Assembly: GCA_963731015.1 (NCBI GenBank)
Contig: CAVSTY010000003.1
Location: forward strand, 403,745-467,744
Direction of reading: 5' to 3'
DNA: 64,000 nucleotides
Source of the DNA: an uncultured Actinomycetes bacterium
GTDB lineage: Bacteria > Actinomycetota > Thermoleophilia > Gaiellales > Gaiellaceae
The notes under the pieces are model-generated. The model saw only the letters and a list, made by a program, of their open reading frames with translations. It was not told the origin of the DNA and did no database searches. Shown here one piece after another: positions 41,472 to 50,386 of this stretch. The stretch's first letter is position 1; every line of letters begins with the position of its first letter. The translations under genes and the position numbers were made by a program.

Positions 41472-42944
41472 TTGTCAACACCGACAACGTCTCGGCGGAA
41501 GCTTCTCGTCGTCGTCAACCGCGCTCCGGTCTCCTACACGCGTGACGCGGACGGACGCCGGGTGGCCCGGCGGGGCGGCGGCGGTGTCGTCACGGCCCTC
41601 GGCGGACTGCTCGCCCACCACGACGTGACGTGGGTGGCAAGCGCCATGACCGAGGAAGACAGGGTCGTCGCGGCCGAGCAGGACGGCTCGTTCCTCGAGC
41701 AAACGGCGGAGGGGGCCCCGTATCGGTTGCGGTTCGTCGCGCACGACCCGGTCGCCTACGACCGCTTCTACAACGTGCTGGCGAACCCGACCCTCTGGTT
41801 CCTGCAGCACTATCTCTGGGGGTTGGGCTCGGCACCCGACTTCGGGCCGGAGCTGCACGAGGCCTGGAGCGACGGCTACGTGCCGGTCAACGAGGCGCTC
41901 GCCGCCGCGGCGCTCGACGAGCTCGAGCGCGAGCCCGACGCTGCGGTTCTCTTCCACGACTACCACTTGTACCTCGCGCCGGGCTTCGTCCGGGACGCGC
42001 GACCCGGCGTCGTCACGTCGCACTTCGTCCACATCCCGTGGCCCGAGCCTGACTACTGGCATGCACTGCCGCCGGAGCTGCGGGTGGCCGTGCACGAGGG
42101 GCTGCTTGCGAACGACGTGGTCGGCTTTCACACCGAGCGCTGGCGGCGCGCGTTCCTGCTCTCGGCGGAGCGGCTGCTCGGCGCGCGCATCGACCGGGAG
42201 GCCGGGACGGTCGAGCACGACGGCCGCACGACGCGGGTCGTCGCGCGGCCGATCAGCATCGACCCGGCGGAGTTCGACCGCCTGCGGGACGATCCCGGCG
42301 TGCTCGAGCGGGAGGCGGCTCTCGTCGCACGGCGCCCGGAGCAGCTCGTCCTCCGTGTCGACAGGACCGACCCCTCGAAGAACATCGTGCGCGGCTTCGC
42401 CGCCTTCGCCCTGTTGCTCGAGCTCCATCCTGAGCTGCACGGGCGGGTGGGAATGGTCGCGCTGCTCGCGCCCTCACGGCAGGACATCCCGGCGTATGCG
42501 GAGTACCTCGCCGCCGTCGAGACCACGGCGCGTGAGGTGAACGAGCGCTTCGGCCGCGACGACTGGCAGCCGGTGGAGCTCGATGTCGCGGACGACTTCC
42601 TGCGGTCCGTCGCCGGTTACAAGCAGTTCGACGTCCTGCTCGCGAACCCCGTGTTCGACGGGCTCAACCTCGTCGCCAAGGAGGCGTTCCTCGTCAACGA
42701 GCGGGACGGCGTGCTCGTCCTGTCCGAGAACGCCGGCGTGCACGCGGAGCTCGGGGAGTGGGCTCTGACGGTGAATCCGATCGACGTTTCCGGTCAGGCC
42801 GAAGCTCTCTACGCGGCGCTCACGCTCGAGCCGGCGGAGCGGCGACGGCGGGCCGATGCGATCCGCGAGCATGTCCGCAAGCACGACGTCCGAGAGTGGG
42901 TCGACGCGCAGCTCGCCGACCTCGACGCCGTACGATCTTCCTGA
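41472..42944 (+). CDS. otsA: Trehalose-6-phosphate synthase (GT20)
   Basis: 490 aa: LLVVVNRAPVSY..., FHDYHL and a typical GT20 core. TTG start. Confidence 0.9.
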   Translation: MSTPTTSRRKLLVVVNRAPVSYTRDADGRRVARRGGGGVVTALGGLLAHHDVTWVASAMTEEDRVVAAEQDGSFLEQTAEGAPYRLRFVAHDPVAYDRFYNVLANPTLWFLQHYLWGLGSAPDFGPELHEAWSDGYVPVNEALAAAALDELEREPDAAVLFHDYHLYLAPGFVRDARPGVVTSHFVHIPWPEPDYWHALPPELRVAVHEGLLANDVVGFHTERWRRAFLLSAERLLGARIDREAGTVEHDGRTTRVVARPISIDPAEFDRLRDDPGVLEREAALVARRPEQLVLRVDRTDPSKNIVRGFAAFALLLELHPELHGRVGMVALLAPSRQDIPAYAEYLAAVETTAREVNERFGRDDWQPVELDVADDFLRSVAGYKQFDVLLANPVFDGLNLVAKEAFLVNERDGVLVLSENAGVHAELGEWALTVNPIDVSGQAEALYAALTLEPAERRRRADAIREHVRKHDVREWVDAQLADLDAVRSS

Positions 42945-43390
42945 TGGAGGACCTCTCGCACGTCGACGAGTCGGGCGCCGTCCGGATGGTCGACGTCGGC
43001 GCCAAGGAGCCGATGCGCAGGCGGGCCGTCGCCCGGGCCGAGATCCGGATGGCCGCGGCCACTGCGCGGATCCTGCGCGAGCTTCCCAAGGGGGACGCGC
43101 TCGCGACGGCGCAGGTGGCCGGGATCATGGCCGCGAAACGAACGAGCGAGCTCATCCCGCTCTGCCATCCGCTTCCACTGACGCACGTCGAGGTGACACT
43201 CGAGGTGCGCGAGGAGTCGGTCGAGATCGTGTCGGCGGTCGAGACCACGGCGCAAACGGGCGTCGAGATGGAGGCGCTCACCGCGGCTTCGGTAGCGGCG
43301 CTCACCGTCTACGACATGGCCAAGGCGGTCGACAAGGAGATGCGGATCGGCGACGTCGCCCTCGTCGAGAAGACGAAGGAGCGCATCTGA
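42944..43390 (+). CDS. moaC: Cyclic pyranopterin monophosphate synthase
   Basis: MEDLSHVDESGAVRMVDVG...SELIPLCHPLPL. The ATG overlaps the otsA stop (TGATG). Confidence 0.92.
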   Translation: MEDLSHVDESGAVRMVDVGAKEPMRRRAVARAEIRMAAATARILRELPKGDALATAQVAGIMAAKRTSELIPLCHPLPLTHVEVTLEVREESVEIVSAVETTAQTGVEMEALTAASVAALTVYDMAKAVDKEMRIGDVALVEKTKERI

Positions 43391-43866
43391 AGGCAGTGGT
43401 GCTGACGGTGTCGGACGGGGTCGCGGCCGGGACGCGCGAGGATCGCAGCGGTGACGCTCTCGACGAGCTGCTCCGCGGCGAGGGCTACGAGGTCGAGCGC
43501 CGCGTGGTCGCCGACGAACGCGACGAGGTCGCGGCGGCGATCCGGGAGTTGGCGGCTTCGGCTCGCCTCGTGCTCACGACCGGTGGGACCGGCCTTGCGC
43601 CGAGGGACGTGACCCCCGAGGCCACCCGAGACGTGCTCGAGCGCGAGGCGCCGGGCATCGCGCAGGCACTGCGGGCGGACTCGATCGCGAAGACGCCGCA
43701 CGGTCTCCTCTCGCGTGGCGCGGCCGGCGTCCTCGGCTCGACCCTCGTCGTCAACCTGCCGGGCTCGACGGGCGGTTGCCGCGACGGATTCGCCGTCCTC
43801 CGCCCTGCGCTCGAGCATGCGCTCGAGTTGCTTGCCGACGCTCCCACGGCCCACGAGCAGACATGA
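43387..43866 (+). CDS. mog: MogA/MoaB-family molybdenum cofactor biosynthesis protein; inferred CTG start
   Basis: [11 protein letters not shown]...[23 protein letters not shown] lies 5 nt before the CTG at 43387, which overlaps the moaC TGA. The fallback GTG at 43396 has poor SD spacing. Confidence 0.85.
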   Translation: MKAVVLTVSDGVAAGTREDRSGDALDELLRGEGYEVERRVVADERDEVAAAIRELAASARLVLTTGGTGLAPRDVTPEATRDVLEREAPGIAQALRADSIAKTPHGLLSRGAAGVLGSTLVVNLPGSTGGCRDGFAVLRPALEHALELLADAPTAHEQT

Positions 43867-44733
43867 CGGCCGGTTCGGCGCCGGCACCTCTTCCCGCACG
43901 GTTCGCGCGGTTGGTGAAGATCGAGCACACGGTCTTCGCGCTGCCGTTCGCCTACGTCGGGGCCTTCCTCGCGGTGGACGGCACGCCGAGCGGACACGAT
44001 CTGCTCTGGATCACGCTCGCGATGGTGGGCGCTCGCTCGCTCGCGATGGCGCTCAACCGCCTGATCGACGCGCGTATCGACGCGCGGAACCCGCGCACCG
44101 CCGGCCGCGAAATCCCGAGCGGCCAGCTTTCGGTCGCCCAGGTCGTCGTCTTCTGCGTGGCGTCGCTCGCGCTCTTCCTCGTCGGCCGTCTGGCAGCTCG
44201 ATCCGATCGTGCGCTGGCTCTGGCCGATCCCGGTCATCGGCTTTGTCGTCTACCCGTACCTCAAGCGCTACACGTGGCTCTGCCACCTCTGGCTCGGCGC
44301 GGTCGACGGCCTTGCGCCGGTCGGCGCCTGGGTCGCCATCACCGGGAAGCTGCCGTGGCAGGCGTGGCTGCTCGGGGCCGCCGTCGCGTTCTGGATCGCG
44401 GGCTTCGACTTCTTCTACGCACTCTTCGACGAGGAGATCGACCGCCGGGAGGGGCTGCACTCGATCGTTACCCGGTTTGGTGTTCGCGGCGCGTTCGTCG
44501 GTGCTCGTCTCTCGCACGCGGCGACCGTCGCGTGCCTCGTCGCGGTCGGCTTCGGCCTGTCGGTCGATGTCTTCTACTGGCTCGGTGTCGCCGCCGTCGC
44601 GCTCCTGCTCGCGTACGAGCACTCCCTCGTGCGCCCGGGCGACCTGCGGCGGCTCGACACGGCGTTCTTCACGATGAACGGCGTGATCAGCGTCGTCTTC
44701 GCCGCGTTCGTGATCCTCGACACCGTCAGCTGA
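43863..44733 (+). pseudogene. UbiA-family (4-hydroxybenzoate/MqnP-like) polyprenyltransferase, frame broken near 44184..44190
   Basis: The N-terminus ([13 protein letters not shown]...[23 protein letters not shown]) is in one frame. The remainder ([15 protein letters not shown]...[14 protein letters not shown]...) is in the +1 frame (ORF 44209..44733). GC3 switches frame at the same point. Confidence 0.75.
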
Positions 44734-44767
44734 ACGGCCGAGCACGGCGGCGGCCTATCCTGGACGC

Positions 44768-45355
44768 GTGCTCACGGCCCGCCGGCTCGGCAAGCGCTAC
44801 GGCGAGAAGCGCGTCCTGCGGGGAATCGACCTCGCGCTGCCGCGCGGCGGCTTCCTTGTCGTCACCGGCCCGAACGGCTCCGGGAAGACGACGCTGCTGC
44901 GGATCTGCGCCGGTCTCGCGCAGCCGACGGAGGGCACGATCGAGCGGAGCGCGGCGCGCGCGCAGGTCGGCTATCTCGGACACGAGCCGCTCGTCTATCG
45001 CGAGCTGACCGCGCTCGAGAACCTCGAGCTCTACGGGCGCCTCTATCGCCTGCCCGAGCGGCGCGAGCGGATCGGCATGCTGCTCGAGCGCTTCGGGCTG
45101 TGGGAGGCGCGGCACGAGCGCGTCGCCTCGTACTCGCGCGGCATGACGCAGCGGCTCGCCCTCTGCCGCGTCCTGCTGCACGAGCCGGAGCTGCTCGTGC
45201 TCGACGAGCCGTACAGCGCGCTCGACGAGGCCGGCGCCGAGCTCCTGGACGCCCAGCTCGCCGAGCTTTGCGGGGAGCGCACGTTCCTCGTCTCGACGCA
45301 CGACCCGGCGCGCATCCAGCCCTTGGCGAGCGAGGCGCTCGCCCTCGCGACATGA
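44768..45355 (+). CDS. ccmA: Heme-exporter ABC ATPase
   Basis: 195 aa with [13 protein letters not shown], adjacent to ccmB and ccmC. Confidence 0.85.
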   Translation: MLTARRLGKRYGEKRVLRGIDLALPRGGFLVVTGPNGSGKTTLLRICAGLAQPTEGTIERSAARAQVGYLGHEPLVYRELTALENLELYGRLYRLPERRERIGMLLERFGLWEARHERVASYSRGMTQRLALCRVLLHEPELLVLDEPYSALDEAGAELLDAQLAELCGERTFLVSTHDPARIQPLASEALALAT

Positions 45356-45990
45356 GCTACGTCCGCGACGTCGGCGCGCTGACGCGCAAGGATCTTCTGC
45401 TCGAGCTCCGGGCCCGCGACACGCTGCCGGCGATGCTGCTCTTCGTCGTCGCCGTCTTCGTCGTCTTCCACTTCGCGCTGCCCGGCACGCCGTCGCGGCT
45501 CGAGACGACCGGCCTGCTCTGGGTGGCGATCCTCTTCACCGCGCTGCTCGGGCTCGGGCGCGCGTTCGTCCCCGAGCGGGAGCAGCGCACCTTCGACGGG
45601 CTCGTGCTCGCGCCGTGCGACCGGAGCGCGATCTGGCTTGCGAAGTCCCTCGCCACGCTCGCGTTTCTCGTTGCTGCCGAGCTCGTGGCGTTGCCGCTCT
45701 ACGCGCTCTTCTTCCACCGAGTCAGCGCCGCGATGGTGGCCGCTGTCTTCCTCGCCGACCTCGGGATCTGCGGGGTGGGGACCTTCCTCGGTGCGATGGC
45801 CGTCGCGACCCGGGCGCGCGACCTGCTGCTGCCGCTGCTCTTCCTGCCGCTCGCCATCCCGATCGTCGTGGGCGCCGTCGGTGCGAGCGTCGTCGCCTCC
45901 CCCGGCCGCTACCTGCTGTTTCTCGCTCTCTACGACCTCCTGTTCGCGGTCGTCTGCTGGGCGACGTTCGAGTATGTCGTCGCCGAGTAG
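45352..45990 (+). CDS. ccmB: Heme exporter membrane protein B
   Basis: [20 protein letters not shown]... The protein is polytopic and its ATG overlaps the ccmA stop. Confidence 0.85.
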   Translation: MSYVRDVGALTRKDLLLELRARDTLPAMLLFVVAVFVVFHFALPGTPSRLETTGLLWVAILFTALLGLGRAFVPEREQRTFDGLVLAPCDRSAIWLAKSLATLAFLVAAELVALPLYALFFHRVSAAMVAAVFLADLGICGVGTFLGAMAVATRARDLLLPLLFLPLAIPIVVGAVGASVVASPGRYLLFLALYDLLFAVVCWATFEYVVAE

Positions 45991-46693
45991 CACGGCTGCT
46001 GCGACAATCCCCTCCGTGGGTCGCATCCCTCTGCCCGCGCTCGCCGTGAGCTCGCTCGTGCTCGTCACGACCGCGCTCGCTTTCGTCTTCTTCGTCGCGC
46101 CGAACGACGCAAACCAGGGCTTCTCGCAGCGGATCTTCTACTTCCACGTCTCGATCGCGATCACGGCCTATGCCTGCTTCGCAGGAGGCGCGTGGCAGGC
46201 GTTCCGGCACCTCTGGAAGCGCGACCCTCGCGCCGACCTCCAGAGCTACGTCTGCGTCCACCAGGGGTTGATCTTCGGGACGCTCGTGCTGCTCACCGGC
46301 TCGATCTGGGCCAAGATCGCGTGGGGCCGCTGGTGGCTCTGGAGCTCGGACCAGCTCGTGCTCTTTCTCGTCCTCTTCCTCTTCTACTGCGCGTACTTCA
46401 TGCTCCGTTTCTCGGTCGACCCCGGGCCGCAACGCGCGAACCTGAGCGCCGTATATGCGCTGTTCGGGGTCGTCCTCATCCCCGTCAGCTTCGCCGCGAT
46501 CCGGCTCGCGAAGGACATCATCCATCCGGTCGTCTTCACGCTGCACGGACCACGGTTCGGCGGCTGGATCCTCGTCACGTACTGCATCGCGCAGGCCGCC
46601 ATGCTCGTCCTCGGGTACACGCTCTACCGGCTCGAGCTCGGCGGCAAGCGGCTCGACGTGCGGCTGCGCCGGTTGAGGGAGGTGCTCGCCTGA
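45974..46693 (+). CDS. ccmC: Heme exporter protein C
   Basis: Tryptophan-rich WGRWWLWSSDQ motif within a polytopic protein. Confidence 0.88.
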   Translation: MSSPSSTAAATIPSVGRIPLPALAVSSLVLVTTALAFVFFVAPNDANQGFSQRIFYFHVSIAITAYACFAGGAWQAFRHLWKRDPRADLQSYVCVHQGLIFGTLVLLTGSIWAKIAWGRWWLWSSDQLVLFLVLFLFYCAYFMLRFSVDPGPQRANLSAVYALFGVVLIPVSFAAIRLAKDIIHPVVFTLHGPRFGGWILVTYCIAQAAMLVLGYTLYRLELGGKRLDVRLRRLREVLA

Positions 46694-46869
46694 CCACTGC
46701 GGAGAAATACGTCACGGCCGCGTACTGCGTCGTGTTCGCCGTCCTCCTCGTCTACGTCCTGATCATGGCGCTGAAGCTGCAGCGCCTCGAGCGTGAGGTG
46801 GACGAGCTCGCCGGGCTCGTGCCCGACGAGGACGCCGACGAAGTCCGGGAGCCCGCGCGCGTTGGCTGA
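46690..46869 (+). CDS. CcmD-like single-TM peptide; inferred CTG start
   Basis: LTTAEKYVTAAYCVVFAVLLVYVLIMALKLQRLE... GAGGGAGG lies 7 nt upstream of the CTG at 46690, which overlaps the ccmC TGA. No canonical start precedes the TM segment. Confidence 0.45.
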   Translation: MTTAEKYVTAAYCVVFAVLLVYVLIMALKLQRLEREVDELAGLVPDEDADEVREPARVG

Positions 46870-47650
46870 GCTGCTCTTCTGGCCCGCGCTGCTGCTCTAC
46901 GGAGAGGCAGCTGTCGGCTACTTCGGCGATGCGAGGCATCCGGGGCGAGCGGGGCGCGCAGCGACCTGGGGAGTCCGGCTCGGCTGGCTCGCGCAGACCG
47001 CACTGCTCGTCGTGCAGGCGACGCGTGACGACGGTTTCCCGTGGGGCACGTGGGCCTCGTCGCTCTCTCTCTTCGTCTGGCTCGTCGTCTCGGCGTATCT
47101 GATCTGGGGCTGCCGCCGGCCGTATCGGCTGCTCGGCCTCGTCGTCATGCCGCTCGCCGTGGCGCTGCTCGTCGTCGCGCGCGCAGGCGGCGGGACCGGA
47201 AGCGGGAGCGCGAGCCACTACTCGAACCTCTTTCTCCTCGTCCACGTCGGGCTCGTGCTCGCAGCCTTTGCCGGCTTCACCCTCGCCGCCGCGCTGTCCG
47301 GGCTCTACATCTGGCAGGAGCGGCGGCTGATGACGCGCCCTGCGACGATCCTCCGGAGGCAGATGCCGGCGCTCGAGACGCTCGACTCGCTCGCGCTCCG
47401 GACGGTCGGGTGGTCGGTGCCGCTCCTGACGCTCGGCGCCATGGTCGGACTCGTGCGGCTCCTGGCGCGTGGCGATCGGCTCGACGCGCTCATCGCCGTG
47501 ACGGTCGCGACCTGGTTCGTCTGGTGCGCGTATCTCGGTCTGCGCCTGCTCGGCGGCTGGGCGGGACGGCGCGCGGCCTACCTCGCTCTGGCCGGTTTCG
47601 CTCTCGTCGTGATCGTCCGGCTGGCGCTCCCCGCAACCCACTTCGCATGA
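46862..47650 (+). CDS. Cytochrome c assembly family membrane protein (HemX/CcsA-like)
   Basis: Polytopic protein directly upstream of hemA, comparable to Bacillus HemX. TTG start at 46862; an alternative start lies upstream at 46793. Confidence 0.7.
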   Translation: MAELLFWPALLLYGEAAVGYFGDARHPGRAGRAATWGVRLGWLAQTALLVVQATRDDGFPWGTWASSLSLFVWLVVSAYLIWGCRRPYRLLGLVVMPLAVALLVVARAGGGTGSGSASHYSNLFLLVHVGLVLAAFAGFTLAAALSGLYIWQERRLMTRPATILRRQMPALETLDSLALRTVGWSVPLLTLGAMVGLVRLLARGDRLDALIAVTVATWFVWCAYLGLRLLGGWAGRRAAYLALAGFALVVIVRLALPATHFA

Positions 47651-48849
47651 TCCGTCTCGTCCTCGTCGGAACCTCTCACCATCACGCGCCCATCGAGGTG
47701 CGAGAGCGGGTTGCGCTCGACCGCGAGGCCGCGCAGGTGCTCGCGGCCCGGCTCGCGGCGGACGGTCGCGAGGCGGCCTGCCTCTCGACCTGCAACCGCA
47801 CCGAGCTGTACGTCGCCGCCGACGACGCGGAGCAGGCTGAGCGGGACGCGGTCAGGGCGCTCGCATCGCTCGGCCCGGAGGTCGAGCCGGCGCTCTATCG
47901 GCTGCAGGACCGGGCCGCCGCGCACCACCTCTTCCGCGTCGCCGCGGGACTGGACTCGCTCGTTCCCGGCGAGGGCGAGATCCTCGGCCAGGTGCGGATC
48001 GCGCACGAGTCTGCGACGACCGGCCCTGTGCTCGACCGAGTCTTCCGGCAGGCGCTCCACGCCGGCCGGAAGGTGCGGGCAGAGACCGCGATCGGACAGA
48101 GCCCTGCCTCGGTCTCGGCGGCTGCCGCCGCGCTCGCCGAGCAGGTGTTCGGCAGCCTCGACGGCCGCTCGATCCTCCTCCTCGGCGCGGGCAAGGTGAG
48201 CGAGCAGGCCGCGCGCAACCTCCGCAGCCGCGGCGCCGAGATCGCGCTCGTCGCCAACAGCAAGACCGAGCGCGAGCGGATCGGCGAGGAGCTGTCGCGC
48301 GTCGACGTCGTGATCGCCTCGACGAACGCGGCCGGCCTGGTGCTCGAGTCGGAGACCGTGGCCGAAGCGCTGCGTCGCCGCAAGAGTCGCCGGCTCCTGC
48401 TCGTCGACCTCGCTGTCCCGCGTGACCTCGATCCCGCGATCCGGGAGCTCGACGGCTGCTACCTCTACGACATCGACGACCTCGAGGGGATCGTGACCGA
48501 GACGCTCTCGCTGCGCCGCAGCGAGGCGGAGCGTGCGGAGGCGATCGTCGCCGGCGAGGCGGAGAAGTTCCACGAGTGGCACGCCTCGCTCGACGTCGTG
48601 CCGGCGATCGCGTCGCTGCGGGCGAGGGCCGAGGAGATCCGCGAGGCCGAGCTGCAGAAGGCCGAAGCGCTGCTCGGGCGGCTCGACGAGAGCCAGCGGC
48701 GGGCGGTCGAGGCGGTGACCGCGCAGATCGTGAACAAGCTCCTCCATCTGCCGACCGTGCGGATGAAACAAGCAGCTGCGGCAGCCGATGGGGTCCTCTA
48801 TGCTGAGACCGTGCGGCATCTCTTCGGTCTCGGCGAGGACGAGCGCTGA
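47647..48849 (+). CDS. hemA: Glutamyl-tRNA reductase
   Basis: MIRLVLVGTSHHHAPIEVRE..., with CNRTELY at the active site. The ATG overlaps the upstream stop. Confidence 0.92.
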   Translation: MIRLVLVGTSHHHAPIEVRERVALDREAAQVLAARLAADGREAACLSTCNRTELYVAADDAEQAERDAVRALASLGPEVEPALYRLQDRAAAHHLFRVAAGLDSLVPGEGEILGQVRIAHESATTGPVLDRVFRQALHAGRKVRAETAIGQSPASVSAAAAALAEQVFGSLDGRSILLLGAGKVSEQAARNLRSRGAEIALVANSKTERERIGEELSRVDVVIASTNAAGLVLESETVAEALRRRKSRRLLLVDLAVPRDLDPAIRELDGCYLYDIDDLEGIVTETLSLRRSEAERAEAIVAGEAEKFHEWHASLDVVPAIASLRARAEEIREAELQKAEALLGRLDESQRRAVEAVTAQIVNKLLHLPTVRMKQAAAAADGVLYAETVRHLFGLGEDER

Positions 48850-48960
48850 ACGTCAAGCCCGCGACGGGGCGTCCGCTGCCGCTTCAGGTGCCGACGGCCT
48901 TCATCCGAGTCCGGCCGCGCGGCGTGGGATGCGCGCCGCCCGTGCGGAGGCGACCCCCCT

Positions 48961-49794
48961 GTGCTCGTCCGCGTCGGCAGTCGCGGCAGTAAGCTCGCGC
49001 TCACCCAGGCCGAGCGCTCCCTTTCCTCTCTGCGGGCGCCCGGCATCGAGCTCGTGCTCGTGCCGATCACGACGGCGGGTGACCGCGACCGCTCGCGGCC
49101 GTTCGGCGAGATCGGCTCGCGCGGCGTCTTTGTGAAGGAACTCGAGGAGGCGCTGCTGGAGCGGCGGATCGACGTGGCCGTCCACTCCGCCAAAGACCTC
49201 ACCGCCACCGATCCGGAAGGGCTCGTGATCGGCGCGTATCTGCGCCGGGAGGATCCGCGCGACGCGCTCTGCGGCGCGGCCGAGCTGCGTCCGGAACTGC
49301 GCATCGGCACGGCGTCGGTGCGGCGGAAGGCGCAGCTGCTGGCGCTCGAGCCGACGCTCTCGATCGAGCCGCTGCGGGGCAACATCGACACGCGGCTGCG
49401 CAAACGGGGCGAGCGGGGGCTCGACGCGATCGTGCTCGCCGCGTGCGGGCTCGACCGGCTCGGGCTCGGGAACGAGATCGGGCACCGGTTCGAGCCGGAG
49501 ACGATGCTGCCCGAGGCCGGACAGGGTGCGCTCGCGCTCCAGGTCCGGGCCGGTGAGGAGCATCTGGTTGCGGCTGCGGACGATGCGGAGACCCGTGAGC
49601 GCGTGGAGGCGGAACGCGCGGTTGTGGCGGCGGTCGGCGGGGGTTGCCTCGCTCCCGTGGCGGCGCATCACGATGGCGCGACGCTGACGGGGCTCATCGC
49701 GGCGGAGGACGGATCCTGGATCGAGCGGCGGACGGGCGACGACCCGGCGGCGCTCGGGGCGGAGCTGGCGGGTGCGGGTACTCGTCACGCGTGA
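48961..49794 (+). CDS. hemC: Hydroxymethylbilane synthase
   Basis: VGSRGSKLALTQA and the cofactor cysteine context GGGCLAPV. Confidence 0.92.
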   Translation: MLVRVGSRGSKLALTQAERSLSSLRAPGIELVLVPITTAGDRDRSRPFGEIGSRGVFVKELEEALLERRIDVAVHSAKDLTATDPEGLVIGAYLRREDPRDALCGAAELRPELRIGTASVRRKAQLLALEPTLSIEPLRGNIDTRLRKRGERGLDAIVLAACGLDRLGLGNEIGHRFEPETMLPEAGQGALALQVRAGEEHLVAAADDAETRERVEAERAVVAAVGGGCLAPVAAHHDGATLTGLIAAEDGSWIERRTGDDPAALGAELAGAGTRHA

Positions 49795-50386
49795 GGAGCT
49801 CGTCTCCCGCGTCGAGTCGCTCGGGCACGACGCGGTCGTCCGCGAGCTGATCCACATCGAGCCACTGGGCGACGAGCCGGTCGACGCTCGCGCGTACGAC
49901 TGGCTCGTGGTGACCAGCCGCAACGGAGCGCACGAACTGGCGCGGCGCGGCGTCACCGCAAACCGCATTGCGGCGATCGGCCCGGCGACGGCCGAGGCGC
50001 TGCGGTCACACGGGCTGCAGGTCGATCTCGTCGCCGCGACCCACACGCAGGAAGGCCTGCGGGAGGAGTTGCCGGAGGGAACGCTTCTGCTCGCTGCCGC
50101 GGAAGGAGCGCGGCAGGACGTTCTCGACGCGGACTTCTTTCCGCTCTACCGGACGATCGAGCTGCTGCCCGACATCCCGAGCGTCGACGTCGCGCTGCTC
50201 ATGTCCGGTTCCGCCGCCCGGGCCCTCGCCGCGACCGGGGCACACGTTCCCGTCGTCGCCATCGGACCCCAGACCGCGGCCGAGGCGCGCGCAGCCGGCC
50301 TGAATGTCGTCGCCGTTGCCGCGACTCAGGACCTCGACGGCCTCGTCGAGGCAGTACGTTCCTCCTCGTGGTCATCGCCTTCCTGA
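49772..50386 (+). CDS. hemD: Uroporphyrinogen-III synthase
   Basis: 204 aa in the HemD position, with a two-lobed HEM4-like sequence. Confidence 0.85.
   Translation: MRVLVTREELVSRVESLGHDAVVRELIHIEPLGDEPVDARAYDWLVVTSRNGAHELARRGVTANRIAAIGPATAEALRSHGLQVDLVAATHTQEGLREELPEGTLLLAAAEGARQDVLDADFFPLYRTIELLPDIPSVDVALLMSGSAARALAATGAHVPVVAIGPQTAAEARAAGLNVVAVAATQDLDGLVEAVRSSSWSSPS

Noticed and set aside
47647-48849. HemA seems about 20-40 aa shorter than usual around the NADPH domain (VANSKTERERIGEELSRVDVVIAST). It was checked for another frameshift.
   Set aside because: The reading frame and GC3 are continuous through the region. It looks like a genuine short linker rather than an indel.
48850-48960. 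111-nt gap between hemA and hemC, examined for a small ORF or riboswitch.
   Set aside because: There is no SD-preceded ORF and no convincing stem-loop or conserved motif visible. It is GC-rich ordinary spacer.
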